NCBI GenBank assembly: GCA_963850905.1
Contig: CAWKMU010000003.1
Location: forward strand, 128,001-192,000
Length of the DNA stretch: 64,000 nt
Origin: an uncultured Gemmatimonadales bacterium
Lineage (GTDB): Bacteria; Gemmatimonadota; Gemmatimonadetes; Gemmatimonadales; Gemmatimonadaceae
Reading direction: 5' to 3'
A program made the translations under genes and the position numbers. The stretch's first letter is position 1. Each line of letters begins with the position of its first letter. Under the pieces are notes generated by a model. It was given only the letters and a program-made list of their open reading frames with translations, ran no database searches and was not told where the DNA came from. Shown here piece by piece: positions 46,384-55,608 of the stretch.

Positions 46384-46989
46384 GTGACGACGAAACTTGG
46401 CGCCGATCTGCTCGAGCACACCCTGGTGTATCGGGTGTGGCAAGCGCCCTTCGCGGAGCGGAAATTCGCGCCGATTCGGGCCCACAACGACCTGACGGCT
46501 GTCCGCCGGGTCCTCGATGTGGGGTGTGGTCCCGGCACGAATACGCATCACTTCGCCAACGCAGACTATCTCGGCATCGACATTAACGCCGCGTATATCG
46601 AGGCGGCCCGGCGTCGCACGGGACGCCGGTTCGTCGCAGCTGACGCCACGACGTTTACCGTCGATCCCGCGGAGCGATTCGATTTTATCTTCCTCAATAG
46701 CTTTCTGCATCATATTGACACGCCCGACGTCATGCGGCTGCTCCGGCATCTGGCGACGCTGCTGAGCGACGACGGACGGGTGCATATTCTCGACTTGATC
46801 CTACCCCCAACATCGTCTGTCGCACGGACACTGGCACAGTGGGATCGTGGCCACCACGCCAGACCGCTCGACGAGTGGACGAGCATTTTTACCGATGCCT
46901 TCGTTCCAGAGATCCAAGAACCGTATCGCCTCAGCACAGCAGGCGTGACACTCTGGAACATGTTGTACTTCCGGGGCCGTCGCCCGTGA
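46384..46989 (+). CDS. class I SAM-dependent methyltransferase
   Basis: VLDVGCGPG, GIDIN, FVAADA, FLHHI; start uncertain. Confidence 0.9.
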   Translation: MTTKLGADLLEHTLVYRVWQAPFAERKFAPIRAHNDLTAVRRVLDVGCGPGTNTHHFANADYLGIDINAAYIEAARRRTGRRFVAADATTFTVDPAERFDFIFLNSFLHHIDTPDVMRLLRHLATLLSDDGRVHILDLILPPTSSVARTLAQWDRGHHARPLDEWTSIFTDAFVPEIQEPYRLSTAGVTLWNMLYFRGRRP

Positions 46990-48023
46990 CGGAGACCAAG
47001 GGCACAGACGGCGTTCATTCGGCCGGTGCCCTCGCCCTCGAACCCAGCAGTCTACGGCCGGCACGCCCGCCACGGATATCGGTTGCAATCCCGCTGTACA
47101 ACGAGGAGCACGGCGTCCTCGAGTTACTCCGCCGGGTCTCGGCCGTGCTGGACACGCTGAGTGGCGGTCCCCACCAGATCGTCATCGTCGATGATGGCAG
47201 CCGTGATCGGACGATGGAGTATCTGGAGAAGGTCGCCGCCACGGATGCCAGGATCGTCGTCATTGCGCTGTCGCGCAATTTCGGGCACCAGGCGGCGTTG
47301 ACTGCTGCGCTCGACTACGTCACGGGAGATGCGACCGTCCTCATGGATGGCGACCTTCAGGACCCGCCGGAAGCGATCCCCGAGTTCGTACGGCAGTTCG
47401 AGCTGGGCTTCGATGTCGTCTACGCACAACGCGTGCGTCGTAAAGAGCCGTGGCCGTTGCGGGCGTCATACTACCTGTTCTATCGTTTGATGCGCCGCCT
47501 GTCCGATCTGCCGGTCCCGATCGACGCGGGAGATTTCGGCCTGATGTCGGCGCGCGTCATTCGACAGATCCGGGCCACGCCGGAACGCAATCGGTACCTC
47601 CGAGGCCTGCGCGCCTGGGCGGGATTCCGACAGGTGGGCATCCCCATCGAGCGGAGCGAGCGGTTTACAGGCGAGAGCAAATACAGCCCGTTAAAGCTGT
47701 TGCGACTCGCGTCCGATGGCATCTTCGCATTCTCCATCGTCCCGCTCCGGGCAGCCGCCCTCGTCGGACTGGCCAGCATCACGTTCGCCGTCTTGTTTGC
47801 GGCCTACGCCGTCTACGCGAGGGTGGCACTCCACCGATCCCCGGCCGGCTTCACGGCCCTCACCATCCTGATCACGTTCCTGGCCGGCGTGCATTTGCTG
47901 TTCCTCGGCGTGATCGGTGAATACGTGGGCCGCGTGTACGAGGAAGTGAAGGCCCGACCCGTGTACATCGTGGGTCGCGTCGTCCGTCACGACGCCGAAC
48001 GCCACGCGACGCCGGGGAGCTGA
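46986..48023 (+). CDS. GT2 polyprenyl-phosphate glycosyltransferase (GtrB/DPM-like)
   Basis: IPLYNEE, VDDGSRD, SRNFGHQAAL, MDGDLQDPPE, GDFGL, two C-terminal TM helices, GEYVGRVYEEVKARP. Confidence 0.93.
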   Translation: MTETKGTDGVHSAGALALEPSSLRPARPPRISVAIPLYNEEHGVLELLRRVSAVLDTLSGGPHQIVIVDDGSRDRTMEYLEKVAATDARIVVIALSRNFGHQAALTAALDYVTGDATVLMDGDLQDPPEAIPEFVRQFELGFDVVYAQRVRRKEPWPLRASYYLFYRLMRRLSDLPVPIDAGDFGLMSARVIRQIRATPERNRYLRGLRAWAGFRQVGIPIERSERFTGESKYSPLKLLRLASDGIFAFSIVPLRAAALVGLASITFAVLFAAYAVYARVALHRSPAGFTALTILITFLAGVHLLFLGVIGEYVGRVYEEVKARPVYIVGRVVRHDAERHATPGS

Positions 48024-48029
48024 TCAAGG

Positions 48030-48797
48030 GTGGATTCCGAGTATGCGCGCCACTATCGCACCTTGTTCGAGGAGCATTGGTGGTGGCGGGCGCGTGAAGC
48101 GGTCATTCTGAGCGTCCTCCGACGATATCGGCCTGCGGGCGGTTGGTCGCGAGCGCTCGATATTGGATGCGGCGATGGGTTGTTCTTCGAGCGCCTCGCC
48201 GCATTCGCGCCGGTAGTCGAAGGCATCGAGCCGGCCAGCGAGCTCGTGACGGATGCTGGGCGCAAGCTCGGCACGATCCACGAGGTGCCATTCGATGAGC
48301 GATTTGCACCTGCGCAGCGCTACGGCCTGATCCTCATGCTCGACGTCCTCGAGCACCTCGATCACCCCGCGTCGGCCCTCGCGCACGCCCTCGATTTGCT
48401 CCAACCAGGCGGCATGATGCTGGTCACCGTGCCGGCCTTCCTGGCACTGTGGACTCGTCACGACGAGGTCAATCACCACCGCACCCGCTACTCCCGGTCG
48501 AGCTTTACGCAGCTCGCGGAGCCCACGGGTTTCGAGATCGATTGGACTGAGTACTGTTTTCACTGGACCGCCCCGGTCAAGCTGGTGCAGCGTGCGGTCG
48601 AGGCGGTCACTCCTGGCCCTCCCCGCGCCCCGACGATCCCCGCTGCACCCGTCAACCGGCTTCTGTACCTGGGCTCGCGACTGGAGCGGGCGCTGCTCGC
48701 CCCCCTGCGCCTTCCATTCGGGACATCACTGCTCGTGGTAGGAGGGCGGCGCGGCGAGCGCGACCAGCGTCACCAGGGGCCGGCACCTATCAAATAG
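48030..48797 (+). CDS. class I SAM-dependent methyltransferase
   Basis: HWWWRAR, LDIGCGDG, LDVLEHL, TVPA, HDEVNHHRTRY. Confidence 0.92.
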   Translation: MDSEYARHYRTLFEEHWWWRAREAVILSVLRRYRPAGGWSRALDIGCGDGLFFERLAAFAPVVEGIEPASELVTDAGRKLGTIHEVPFDERFAPAQRYGLILMLDVLEHLDHPASALAHALDLLQPGGMMLVTVPAFLALWTRHDEVNHHRTRYSRSSFTQLAEPTGFEIDWTEYCFHWTAPVKLVQRAVEAVTPGPPRAPTIPAAPVNRLLYLGSRLERALLAPLRLPFGTSLLVVGGRRGERDQRHQGPAPIK

Positions 48798-48820
48798 ATG
48801 ATGAAGGCCAGCCAATGGAC

Positions 48821-48849
48821 GAAGGCCAGCGACGTCGTCGCTGGCCTTC
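48821..48849. terminator. 13-bp stem-loop between convergent methyltransferase and rpsG
   Basis: GAAGGCCAGCGAC-GTC-GTCGCTGGCCTTC; no long U tract. Confidence 0.55.
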
Positions 48850-48887
48850 AACCCCCTAACTCGTAGTCCCCAAATCGCTTCGGACGA

Positions 48888-49358
48888 TTACCACCGGTAG
48901 TGCGCGAATGCCTTGTTCGCCTCAGCCATACGATGCGTGTCGTCCTTCTTCTTAATGGAGTTCCCCTCACCCTTGGCCGCCGCAATTACCTCGGCCGCCA
49001 GCCGCTCGGGCAGCGATTTCTCGTTCCGCTCGCGCGTGTAGGTGATCAGCCACCGCATCGCCAACGTCGTCCGCCGTTCCGGCCGGACCTCGACTGGCAC
49101 CTGGTAGGTCGCGCCGCCGACGCGCCGGCTCTTCACTTCGACGACAGGCTTGAGGTTCGACAACGCCTGCTTGAACACCGTCACCCCAGGCTGGCTGGTC
49201 CGCTGTTCCACCAGATCCATCGCGTTGTAAAACAGCCGCTCGGCCAGCGACTTCTTGCCCTGCAGCATCATCGCATTGATGAACTTCGATACGGTCTGGC
49301 TGTCATACCGCGCGTCCGGCAGGATGGGACGCTTCACCGACTTCTTGCGTCGACTCAC
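48888..49358 (-). CDS. rpsG: 30S ribosomal protein S7
   Basis: [32 protein letters not shown]. Confidence 0.98.
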   Translation of the reverse strand: MSRRKKSVKRPILPDARYDSQTVSKFINAMMLQGKKSLAERLFYNAMDLVEQRTSQPGVTVFKQALSNLKPVVEVKSRRVGGATYQVPVEVRPERRTTLAMRWLITYTRERNEKSLPERLAAEVIAAAKGEGNSIKKKDDTHRMAEANKAFAHYRW

Positions 49359-49753
49359 GACTTCTTACCTCCGGCAGCGCCACCCTTGGGCTTCTTGGTG
49401 CCGTATTTTGAGCGACTCTGATTCCGGCCGGTCACCCCGGAAGCGTCCAGGCTGCCCCGCACAATGTGATAGCGGACGCCCGGGAGATCCTTCACACGGC
49501 CGCCCCGAATCAACACGATGGAATGCTCTTGCAGGTTGTGACCTTCGCCCGGAATGTAGGCCGTCACCTCGAAGCCGTTCGTCAGTCGGACGCGCGCGAC
49601 TTTGCGTAGCGCCGAGTTGGGCTTCTTGGGCGTAGTCGTGTACACGCGCGTGCACACACCACGCTTTTGAGGATTCGACCGGAGCGCGGGGGCCTTTTCC
49701 TTCTTGATCACGTCGCGGCGGCTTTGCCGGACGAGTTGATTGATAGTCGGCAT
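49355..49753 (-). CDS. rpsL: 30S ribosomal protein S12
   Basis: [31 protein letters not shown]. Confidence 0.98.
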   Translation of the reverse strand: MPTINQLVRQSRRDVIKKEKAPALRSNPQKRGVCTRVYTTTPKKPNSALRKVARVRLTNGFEVTAYIPGEGHNLQEHSIVLIRGGRVKDLPGVRYHIVRGSLDASGVTGRNQSRSKYGTKKPKGGAAGGKKS

Positions 49754-49981
49754 GTCTCGGGATGTAGAACGTGCGCCCCGAAACGGCCCGCCTCGGGACA
49801 GACCTGGAAACGTAAGTACCACGCCACCTTAGTTCAAGCTGCGTGGGCTCGGGACTGGTCAATCCGAAGGCCCAACTTACCTATCGACGAGCGTTGCCAC
49901 GTGCGATACATATATTGGCCGCCGGCCCCTCGATCCCCGTCCTTCCCCATCGGGCAACGCCCGTTCAGGCCTTCCCTCCCC

Positions 49982-51364
49982 ATGGACCGTCTCCGTTCCG
50001 CTCGACCGCTGACGAGCCTCGCGGTCACCCTGGTGACGCTCGCCCTCTTCCATACAGACCCCGCAGCCGCTCAGAGCGCGGTGATGACCGGGCCGGCTGG
50101 ATCCGCCCCCCAACGAGCGGCCCCACCCGCGGCGCCCGTCGTCCTTCGACCTGCAGCCGTCTTTGACGGCGCCGATCTGCACCAGGGCTGGGTTGTGGTG
50201 GTGCGTGGGAATTCGATCGAGGCGGCCGGCCCAGCTGGTCAGGTCAGCGTGCCGCGCGACGCGACGGCGATCGACCTGGCAGGAATGACGCTGCTACCGG
50301 GCCTGATCGACGCACACTCGCACGTCTTTCTGCATCCCTACAACGAAACGCTGTGGAACACGCAGGTGCTGCAGGAACCGCTTGCAGTGCGCACCGCGCG
50401 GGCCGTCGTGCATGTCCACAATACGCTCATGGCTGGTTTCACGATGCTACGCGACCTGGGAACCGAAGGCGCGGGCAACAGTGATGTCGGCATCAAGCAG
50501 GCGATCGAGCAAGGGATCATCCCCGGGCCTCGCATGCTCGTCGTGACGCGGGCGATTGTCGCGACCGGCTCGTACGGCCCCCCGCGCTGGGCGTACGCGT
50601 TCGACCCGCCGGAGGGCGCGCAGGAAGCCAGCGGCCCCGATATCCAGCGAGTCGTTCGCGAGCAGATCGGTGAGGGCGCCGACTGGATCAAGCTGTACGG
50701 CGACTACTCCTGGGGCCCGCACCACGAGGCTGAACCGACCTTCACACCCGCCGAGATGGCGCTCGCCGTCGAGACCGCACACTCGTCTGGCCGATCGGTC
50801 GCCGTGCACGCCACGACTGCCGAGGGAATTCGAAGGGCAGTCGAGGCGGGCGTCGAGACGATCGAGCACGGCGACAACGCGACACCCGAAGTGCTCCGGG
50901 AGATGGCGACGCGCCACATCGCCCTCGTCCCTACGCTCGCCGCGACGGAAGCCACTGCGATCTATTTCCAGAACTGGCACCGCGGCGATCCGGAAACGCC
51001 GTCGATGCAACGCAAGCGCGCACTGATGCGCGCGGCGCTCGATGCGGGCGTCACCATCGCGAACGGGAGCGATGTGGGAGTCTTCACGCACGGCGACAAC
51101 GCCCGGGAGATCGAGCTCCTGGTCGACTATGGGATGACTCCGATTGCCGCGCTCCGGTCCGCAACATCGATCAATGCCACGGTGCTCCACATGGACACCC
51201 AGATCGGTCGCGTCACGCCGGGCCTCAAAGCGGATCTCATTGCGGTGACCGGTGACCCCACGCGTGACATCAGCGCCCTTCGGCGCGTGACGCTGGTGAT
51301 CAAGGACGGGGTCGTGTACAAGCGACCGAATGCACCGGCGCTGGCGTCCGTCAGTGGCCGGTGA
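49982..51364 (+). CDS. exported metal-dependent amidohydrolase (Xaa-Pro dipeptidase-like)
   Basis: Signal peptide; PGLIDAHSH, RDLGTEG, WIKLY, AVHA, IEHG, GSDVG, ADLIAV. Confidence 0.9.
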   Translation: MDRLRSARPLTSLAVTLVTLALFHTDPAAAQSAVMTGPAGSAPQRAAPPAAPVVLRPAAVFDGADLHQGWVVVVRGNSIEAAGPAGQVSVPRDATAIDLAGMTLLPGLIDAHSHVFLHPYNETLWNTQVLQEPLAVRTARAVVHVHNTLMAGFTMLRDLGTEGAGNSDVGIKQAIEQGIIPGPRMLVVTRAIVATGSYGPPRWAYAFDPPEGAQEASGPDIQRVVREQIGEGADWIKLYGDYSWGPHHEAEPTFTPAEMALAVETAHSSGRSVAVHATTAEGIRRAVEAGVETIEHGDNATPEVLREMATRHIALVPTLAATEATAIYFQNWHRGDPETPSMQRKRALMRAALDAGVTIANGSDVGVFTHGDNAREIELLVDYGMTPIAALRSATSINATVLHMDTQIGRVTPGLKADLIAVTGDPTRDISALRRVTLVIKDGVVYKRPNAPALASVSGR

Positions 51365-51394
51365 GAGACCCGCGCCACACCTGTTGCGAGACCG

Positions 51395-51643
51395 TTACTG
51401 ACCCTGCGAGCCCCCGCTGGTCCGCGCCCGCTCGGAGGAACCGCCCTTCGTCAAGACGATCACTCGCCAGCCCTGACCCGACAGGATAGGAATATTTGCT
51501 CCCGTCGGGCCTCGCAGCGAGACCCGGTCCGGGTTCACGGTACCACGCGCAACCAGGTGGCCTTTATCGTCCTTGATGACGACATCGGCGCCGACCGGGA
51601 GTTGTTCGAGTTGCCATTCGACGGTGGTGTTCGCGCGGGACAT
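51395..51643 (-). CDS. small hypothetical protein
   Basis: MSRANTTVEWQLEQLPVGADVVIKDDKG..., beta-rich protein-like composition. Confidence 0.5.
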   Translation of the reverse strand: MSRANTTVEWQLEQLPVGADVVIKDDKGHLVARGTVNPDRVSLRGPTGANIPILSGQGWRVIVLTKGGSSERARTSGGSQGQ

Positions 51644-51833
51644 CAACGACCGACGACCCGCGCCGCGCGGCGTCACCCTGTCCCGCAAAGGCCACACAAT
51701 GCTGTCCCTGAAAGTGGGCAATGTCGCGCGCCCGCTCAGGCCGCGCGCCGGTCGTCGATCGTACTTCGGCAATGTTCAGGTTGCATCCGAGAGGCGCTGT
51801 CTGTCCTCTCGTGCGCCTCGTCGCTGGAAGCGG

Positions 51834-53342
51834 CTACGCGGCGACTTCCGCCAGGGCACGAGCGGGCGGCCCGTCGATCTCCACCTCCCGCCGGGACGCA
51901 AAGCGCATGTGCGACAGCGAGTACACTCCCACCATCCCGTACCCCATAGCGAACAGCAATGTGAACGGGATCGCACCAAACTGCCGGAGATGGATCGCGA
52001 GGGCGAGCGCCGTCCAGGAGAAGCCAGAGAGGAGGAACTCGCCGACAACGCTCCAGGACGCGCGACTCCGGTACCGACCACTCGCCCGGGTCGTGCGGTA
52101 CGACGTGACACGGTACTTGGGGGTTCGCTCGAACGGGCTGCGCTTCCCAAGAAGTCCCTCCAACGCTGCACGCGCGTTGTGCACGCTCATCCCGATCGAC
52201 AGCGCAAGGAATAGCGGGAACCGCGCGATCCGTAGCTGCCATGACCCGCCAAGGACGCGGGCCGCCGTGTAGTAGCAGAGGAAGGTCCCCGAAAATGCGA
52301 GCAGATAGTAGAGCGAGATCGGCCAGATGATCTTGAGGTGGCGCGCGCCCGCAGCGAACACCACAAACGGGCTGAGGACCGTCAGCACGATGAGCAGCGG
52401 ATACGCAAGGCTGCTGAGCAAGTGCATGGTGCCCTGCCACTTCACCGACGCCGGCATCGCCGATCGCCACAGCCGAGGCAAGACCTTCCGTGCCGTCTCC
52501 TGCGCGCCCTTTGTCCACCGGAACTGTTGAGCTTTCAGACTGTGCATGTCCGCGGGGATCTCCGACGGGCAGACGACATCGGGCAGGTACTTCGCGCGCC
52601 ATCCAACCAATTGCGCACGATAGCTGAGATCGAGGTCCTCCGTGATCGTATCGTCCTGCCAGCCGCCTGCGTCGGCGATGGCTTCCCGCCGCAGAATGCC
52701 AGCTGTTCCATTAAAGTTCAGAAACCAGCCAGCCCAACAGCGAGCAGACTGCTCCACGACAAAGTGACCATCCAGGGCGAGCGCGGTCGCTCGAGTCAGC
52801 TCCGAGTACGCGTCGTTGAAGTATGTCCAGCGGGTCTGAACGATTCCGATGCGCGGGTCCACGAAGTGTGGCAGGGTGCGGCGCAAGAAATCGCGCGGAA
52901 CGACGAAGTCCGCGTCGAACACAGCAATGAACTCTCCCCGGGCATGATCGAATCCATGCGCCAAGGCACCACTCTTGAACCCCTTTCGGCTGTCGCGGTG
53001 TAAGTGGACGATCGGGACACCGCGGGATTGATGATCGAGGACGAGTCGTCGCGTGAGTTCGAGCGTCTCATCCGTCGAGTCGTCCAGTACTTGAATCTCG
53101 AGCCGGTCACGCGGATAGTCGACTTCGCAGGCGGAACGGATGACGCGCTCAGCGACGTAGAGCTCGTTGAAGAGCGGCAACTGAATGGTGACGAACGGAT
53201 CAATCGCGGGGCCGACGGCGTTCACTTCCTTTGTACGGCGGCGCAAGAAAACCGCAACTAACGCGGCATGATTCAGACTGTAGAGCGAAAGACCGAAGAG
53301 CGCTATGCCATATGCAATTACAATGGCCAGCCATAAGCTCAT
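51834..53342 (-). CDS. processive-type GT2 membrane glycosyltransferase (cellulose synthase-like, CslA/CslC-like)
   Basis: IQLPLFNE, QVLDDSTD, GFKSGAL, FDADF, FNGTAG, TEDLDL, QQFRW (QxxRW), C-terminal TMs. Confidence 0.92.
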   Translation of the reverse strand: MSLWLAIVIAYGIALFGLSLYSLNHAALVAVFLRRRTKEVNAVGPAIDPFVTIQLPLFNELYVAERVIRSACEVDYPRDRLEIQVLDDSTDETLELTRRLVLDHQSRGVPIVHLHRDSRKGFKSGALAHGFDHARGEFIAVFDADFVVPRDFLRRTLPHFVDPRIGIVQTRWTYFNDAYSELTRATALALDGHFVVEQSARCWAGWFLNFNGTAGILRREAIADAGGWQDDTITEDLDLSYRAQLVGWRAKYLPDVVCPSEIPADMHSLKAQQFRWTKGAQETARKVLPRLWRSAMPASVKWQGTMHLLSSLAYPLLIVLTVLSPFVVFAAGARHLKIIWPISLYYLLAFSGTFLCYYTAARVLGGSWQLRIARFPLFLALSIGMSVHNARAALEGLLGKRSPFERTPKYRVTSYRTTRASGRYRSRASWSVVGEFLLSGFSWTALALAIHLRQFGAIPFTLLFAMGYGMVGVYSLSHMRFASRREVEIDGPPARALAEVAA

Positions 53343-53439
53343 GGACCAATGTCCTCAGCGAAGTACCGTGGCCAGCAAAAGCCTGCGGCCACAAGTTATA
53401 ACAGCGTTGGGCTGTCGAATAGGGAGGGTGGCTGGACTC

Positions 53440-54069
53440 ATGGTCTATGTCATCACCTGTGCGGTCGCCCTCGCTGCCTGCGGCGACTCCGATACGACGC
53501 CCGGCCGCCCTGGATCGCCCGCGTACAGCACAGCTGTCCCCGACACACCGCCTCCTGGCTTTGCAATGCTCATGCTCGCACCCGCGAACCCACCGCCTCC
53601 CACGAGCGCAACTGGGGCCAACGCACCGTCCGGGTCATTTTGGTACCGCATGGCGACCCCCGCCGCGGACGGGTCCACGGCGTTCGAATGGTACGTACAA
53701 GCTCAACATATGGCCGCCGACCGCGCATTCCGCGTCGAGTTCAACGTCGATGGTCGCTCGATATACTCGGTCGGATCGGCCCGGACCGATGGCTTCGGAG
53801 TGTTGGCCGCGCATGGTACGCTGAAGCGCTTTGCGGACCAATACTGTGTCGGCCAGCCAACCGTACCGGTGCCGATTGACGGCACCCACGTTGTGGCCGT
53901 TGCGATCAAAGCGGATGGCTCAGGCAAGGCCGGCGGTCCCGCGGGCGGACTGATGGACTTCCAACGATCGCTCGCGTGTAACGGGAATGGTGACGGAGCA
54001 TTCGAATACTGGTTGGTCACGCGTGAGGCGGTCCATCTCACCGCACAGCCGACCGCGGCAGCGCAGTAG
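53440..54069 (+). CDS. hypothetical lipoprotein (CxGNGD family, paralog A)
   Basis: MVYVITCAVALAA-CGD lipobox, GGAGG upstream; similar to 57233..57793. Confidence 0.75.
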   Translation: MVYVITCAVALAACGDSDTTPGRPGSPAYSTAVPDTPPPGFAMLMLAPANPPPPTSATGANAPSGSFWYRMATPAADGSTAFEWYVQAQHMAADRAFRVEFNVDGRSIYSVGSARTDGFGVLAAHGTLKRFADQYCVGQPTVPVPIDGTHVVAVAIKADGSGKAGGPAGGLMDFQRSLACNGNGDGAFEYWLVTREAVHLTAQPTAAAQ

Positions 54070-55597
54070 TGGCTTGCCCGCCCGGTGGACCATGGCGATA
54101 GAGGAGCCACGTTTCCGTGCGATAGACGTGATCGGGTGCAAGCCGCAACAGCGAGCGCGCCACGGCCGCCGCGTTCGAAGCCGAATCGGGCGGCAGCCAG
54201 CCACGCAATGCATTGCTCGTATGGTAGAGCGGGGCGAGACCCGCGCTTTCGATATCATTGCCTGACAAGCCGTACGAGGCTGGGCCGATGTGATCGTCCC
54301 ATTGGACGAGAGTGCCCGGCTCAGCGCGCGTCAACGCGGCCACCGCCCCAGGCCGGTCACCGAAGCGCAACGGGTTCTCCATCGGATCGCGCTCCAGGAG
54401 CACATCGGCGTACGACTGACTCCAGATGAAGCGCGCCACCGGCAGCGGATGGCCGCGGAACCACTGGACGGCGTCGAGAATGGGCCGCCACTCGCGCGTA
54501 CCCGGCTGGCCATCCGCAAAGGCGACGTCCCCCGCGAGCGCAATCGACAGAACGATGCCGGCGGCGAGCGCCAGGAGTCGGGGCTGTCGAAGACCCGACA
54601 ATGCGCGCGCGACCACATTCCAGCCGGCCAAGGTTGCGAACGCGAGCGCAGGGGCGACGCACACGTACGCGGCTGGAACCGGTGCCCACCCAAAGAAGCC
54701 GATTCGGCCGCCCACGAGATGGCCGGCAAACACCGCGAGTGCGAGCGCGATCGCGAACCGCGTTTCTCGCCGGCCAAGTGTGACCCAGAGACCGACTACG
54801 AAGGGCAAGACGAGAGCGACGCCGAGGGTTTCGCTCCATCGGGTCCCCTCGTTCTCCATGAGCGCGTGCAGCAACCCCCCGCGACGGAGTTGCGACATGG
54901 CCGTGTCCACTGGCATGAAGAGCGCCGGCCAGTTGTGGACGGGAAAGAGTGGGTCCAGCGTGATCTGGGCCGCCAGGTACCACCAGAGGGCAGGTGCAAT
55001 CGCGAGCGAGAGGATGAGAGCCACGCGCCCCGTCACAGAATGCGGTGAGCGGGGATCCCGCGCGGCCCACCACGCCCATAACGGGAGCAGGAGAAATCCC
55101 TCCGGACGCACCAGCGTGAGGAAGGATGCGACGATGAGGCCACCCACCACCCGCCCCCGTTGCCGCAACCACAGCGCGATCACCAGCAGAAGTGCAAACA
55201 GTGGCTCTGGTGTCGTTTGGCTCGAGAGCAGGAACACGCACGGCTGGAGCCACATCAGTGGAATAACGAGAGCCGGCCGCTCAAGGCCATACGCGCGGGC
55301 CAATTCGTATGTGAGCCACGCCGTCACGGCGGCGATCGCGACGGTCGCCACTTTGGCGGCGACGTACGCGGCGAAGCCGGATCCGGGCCAATGCGCCGGA
55401 ATCGAGTACACGAGCGTAAACAGTGGTCGGTCCCAGACATCGACCGCCATCCAGGGGTACATCCACATCCAGCGCGCGCGCAGGAAGTGAATCGTCGGAT
55501 CTTCGAAATAGCCGCCAGGGTAGAGCGCCACCATTGCGACGCCAACAACCACACACACGGCCAGCCACAGGCGGGCCGCTCGATCGTCAGAGTTCAT
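54038..55597 (-). CDS. GT-C-like polytopic membrane glycosyltransferase
   Basis: FEDPTIH acidic loop after TM1, TTPEPLF, LVRPEG, ~12 hydrophobic segments, soluble C-terminal domain. Confidence 0.7.
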   Translation of the reverse strand: MNSDDRAARLWLAVCVVVGVAMVALYPGGYFEDPTIHFLRARWMWMYPWMAVDVWDRPLFTLVYSIPAHWPGSGFAAYVAAKVATVAIAAVTAWLTYELARAYGLERPALVIPLMWLQPCVFLLSSQTTPEPLFALLLVIALWLRQRGRVVGGLIVASFLTLVRPEGFLLLPLWAWWAARDPRSPHSVTGRVALILSLAIAPALWWYLAAQITLDPLFPVHNWPALFMPVDTAMSQLRRGGLLHALMENEGTRWSETLGVALVLPFVVGLWVTLGRRETRFAIALALAVFAGHLVGGRIGFFGWAPVPAAYVCVAPALAFATLAGWNVVARALSGLRQPRLLALAAGIVLSIALAGDVAFADGQPGTREWRPILDAVQWFRGHPLPVARFIWSQSYADVLLERDPMENPLRFGDRPGAVAALTRAEPGTLVQWDDHIGPASYGLSGNDIESAGLAPLYHTSNALRGWLPPDSASNAAAVARSLLRLAPDHVYRTETWLLYRHGPPGGQATTALPRSAVR

Positions 55598-55608
55598 GCG
55601 GCACAAGA

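Noticed and set aside
46200..48887. Restriction-modification system or prophage serotype-conversion cassette
   Set aside because: MTases lack DNA-MTase catalytic motifs (DPPY/NPPY/PC); no nuclease, integrase or phage genes
53340..53343. Single CATG serving as start for both divergent genes
   Set aside because: The plus-strand gene has a better start at 53440 (SD and lipoprotein signal)
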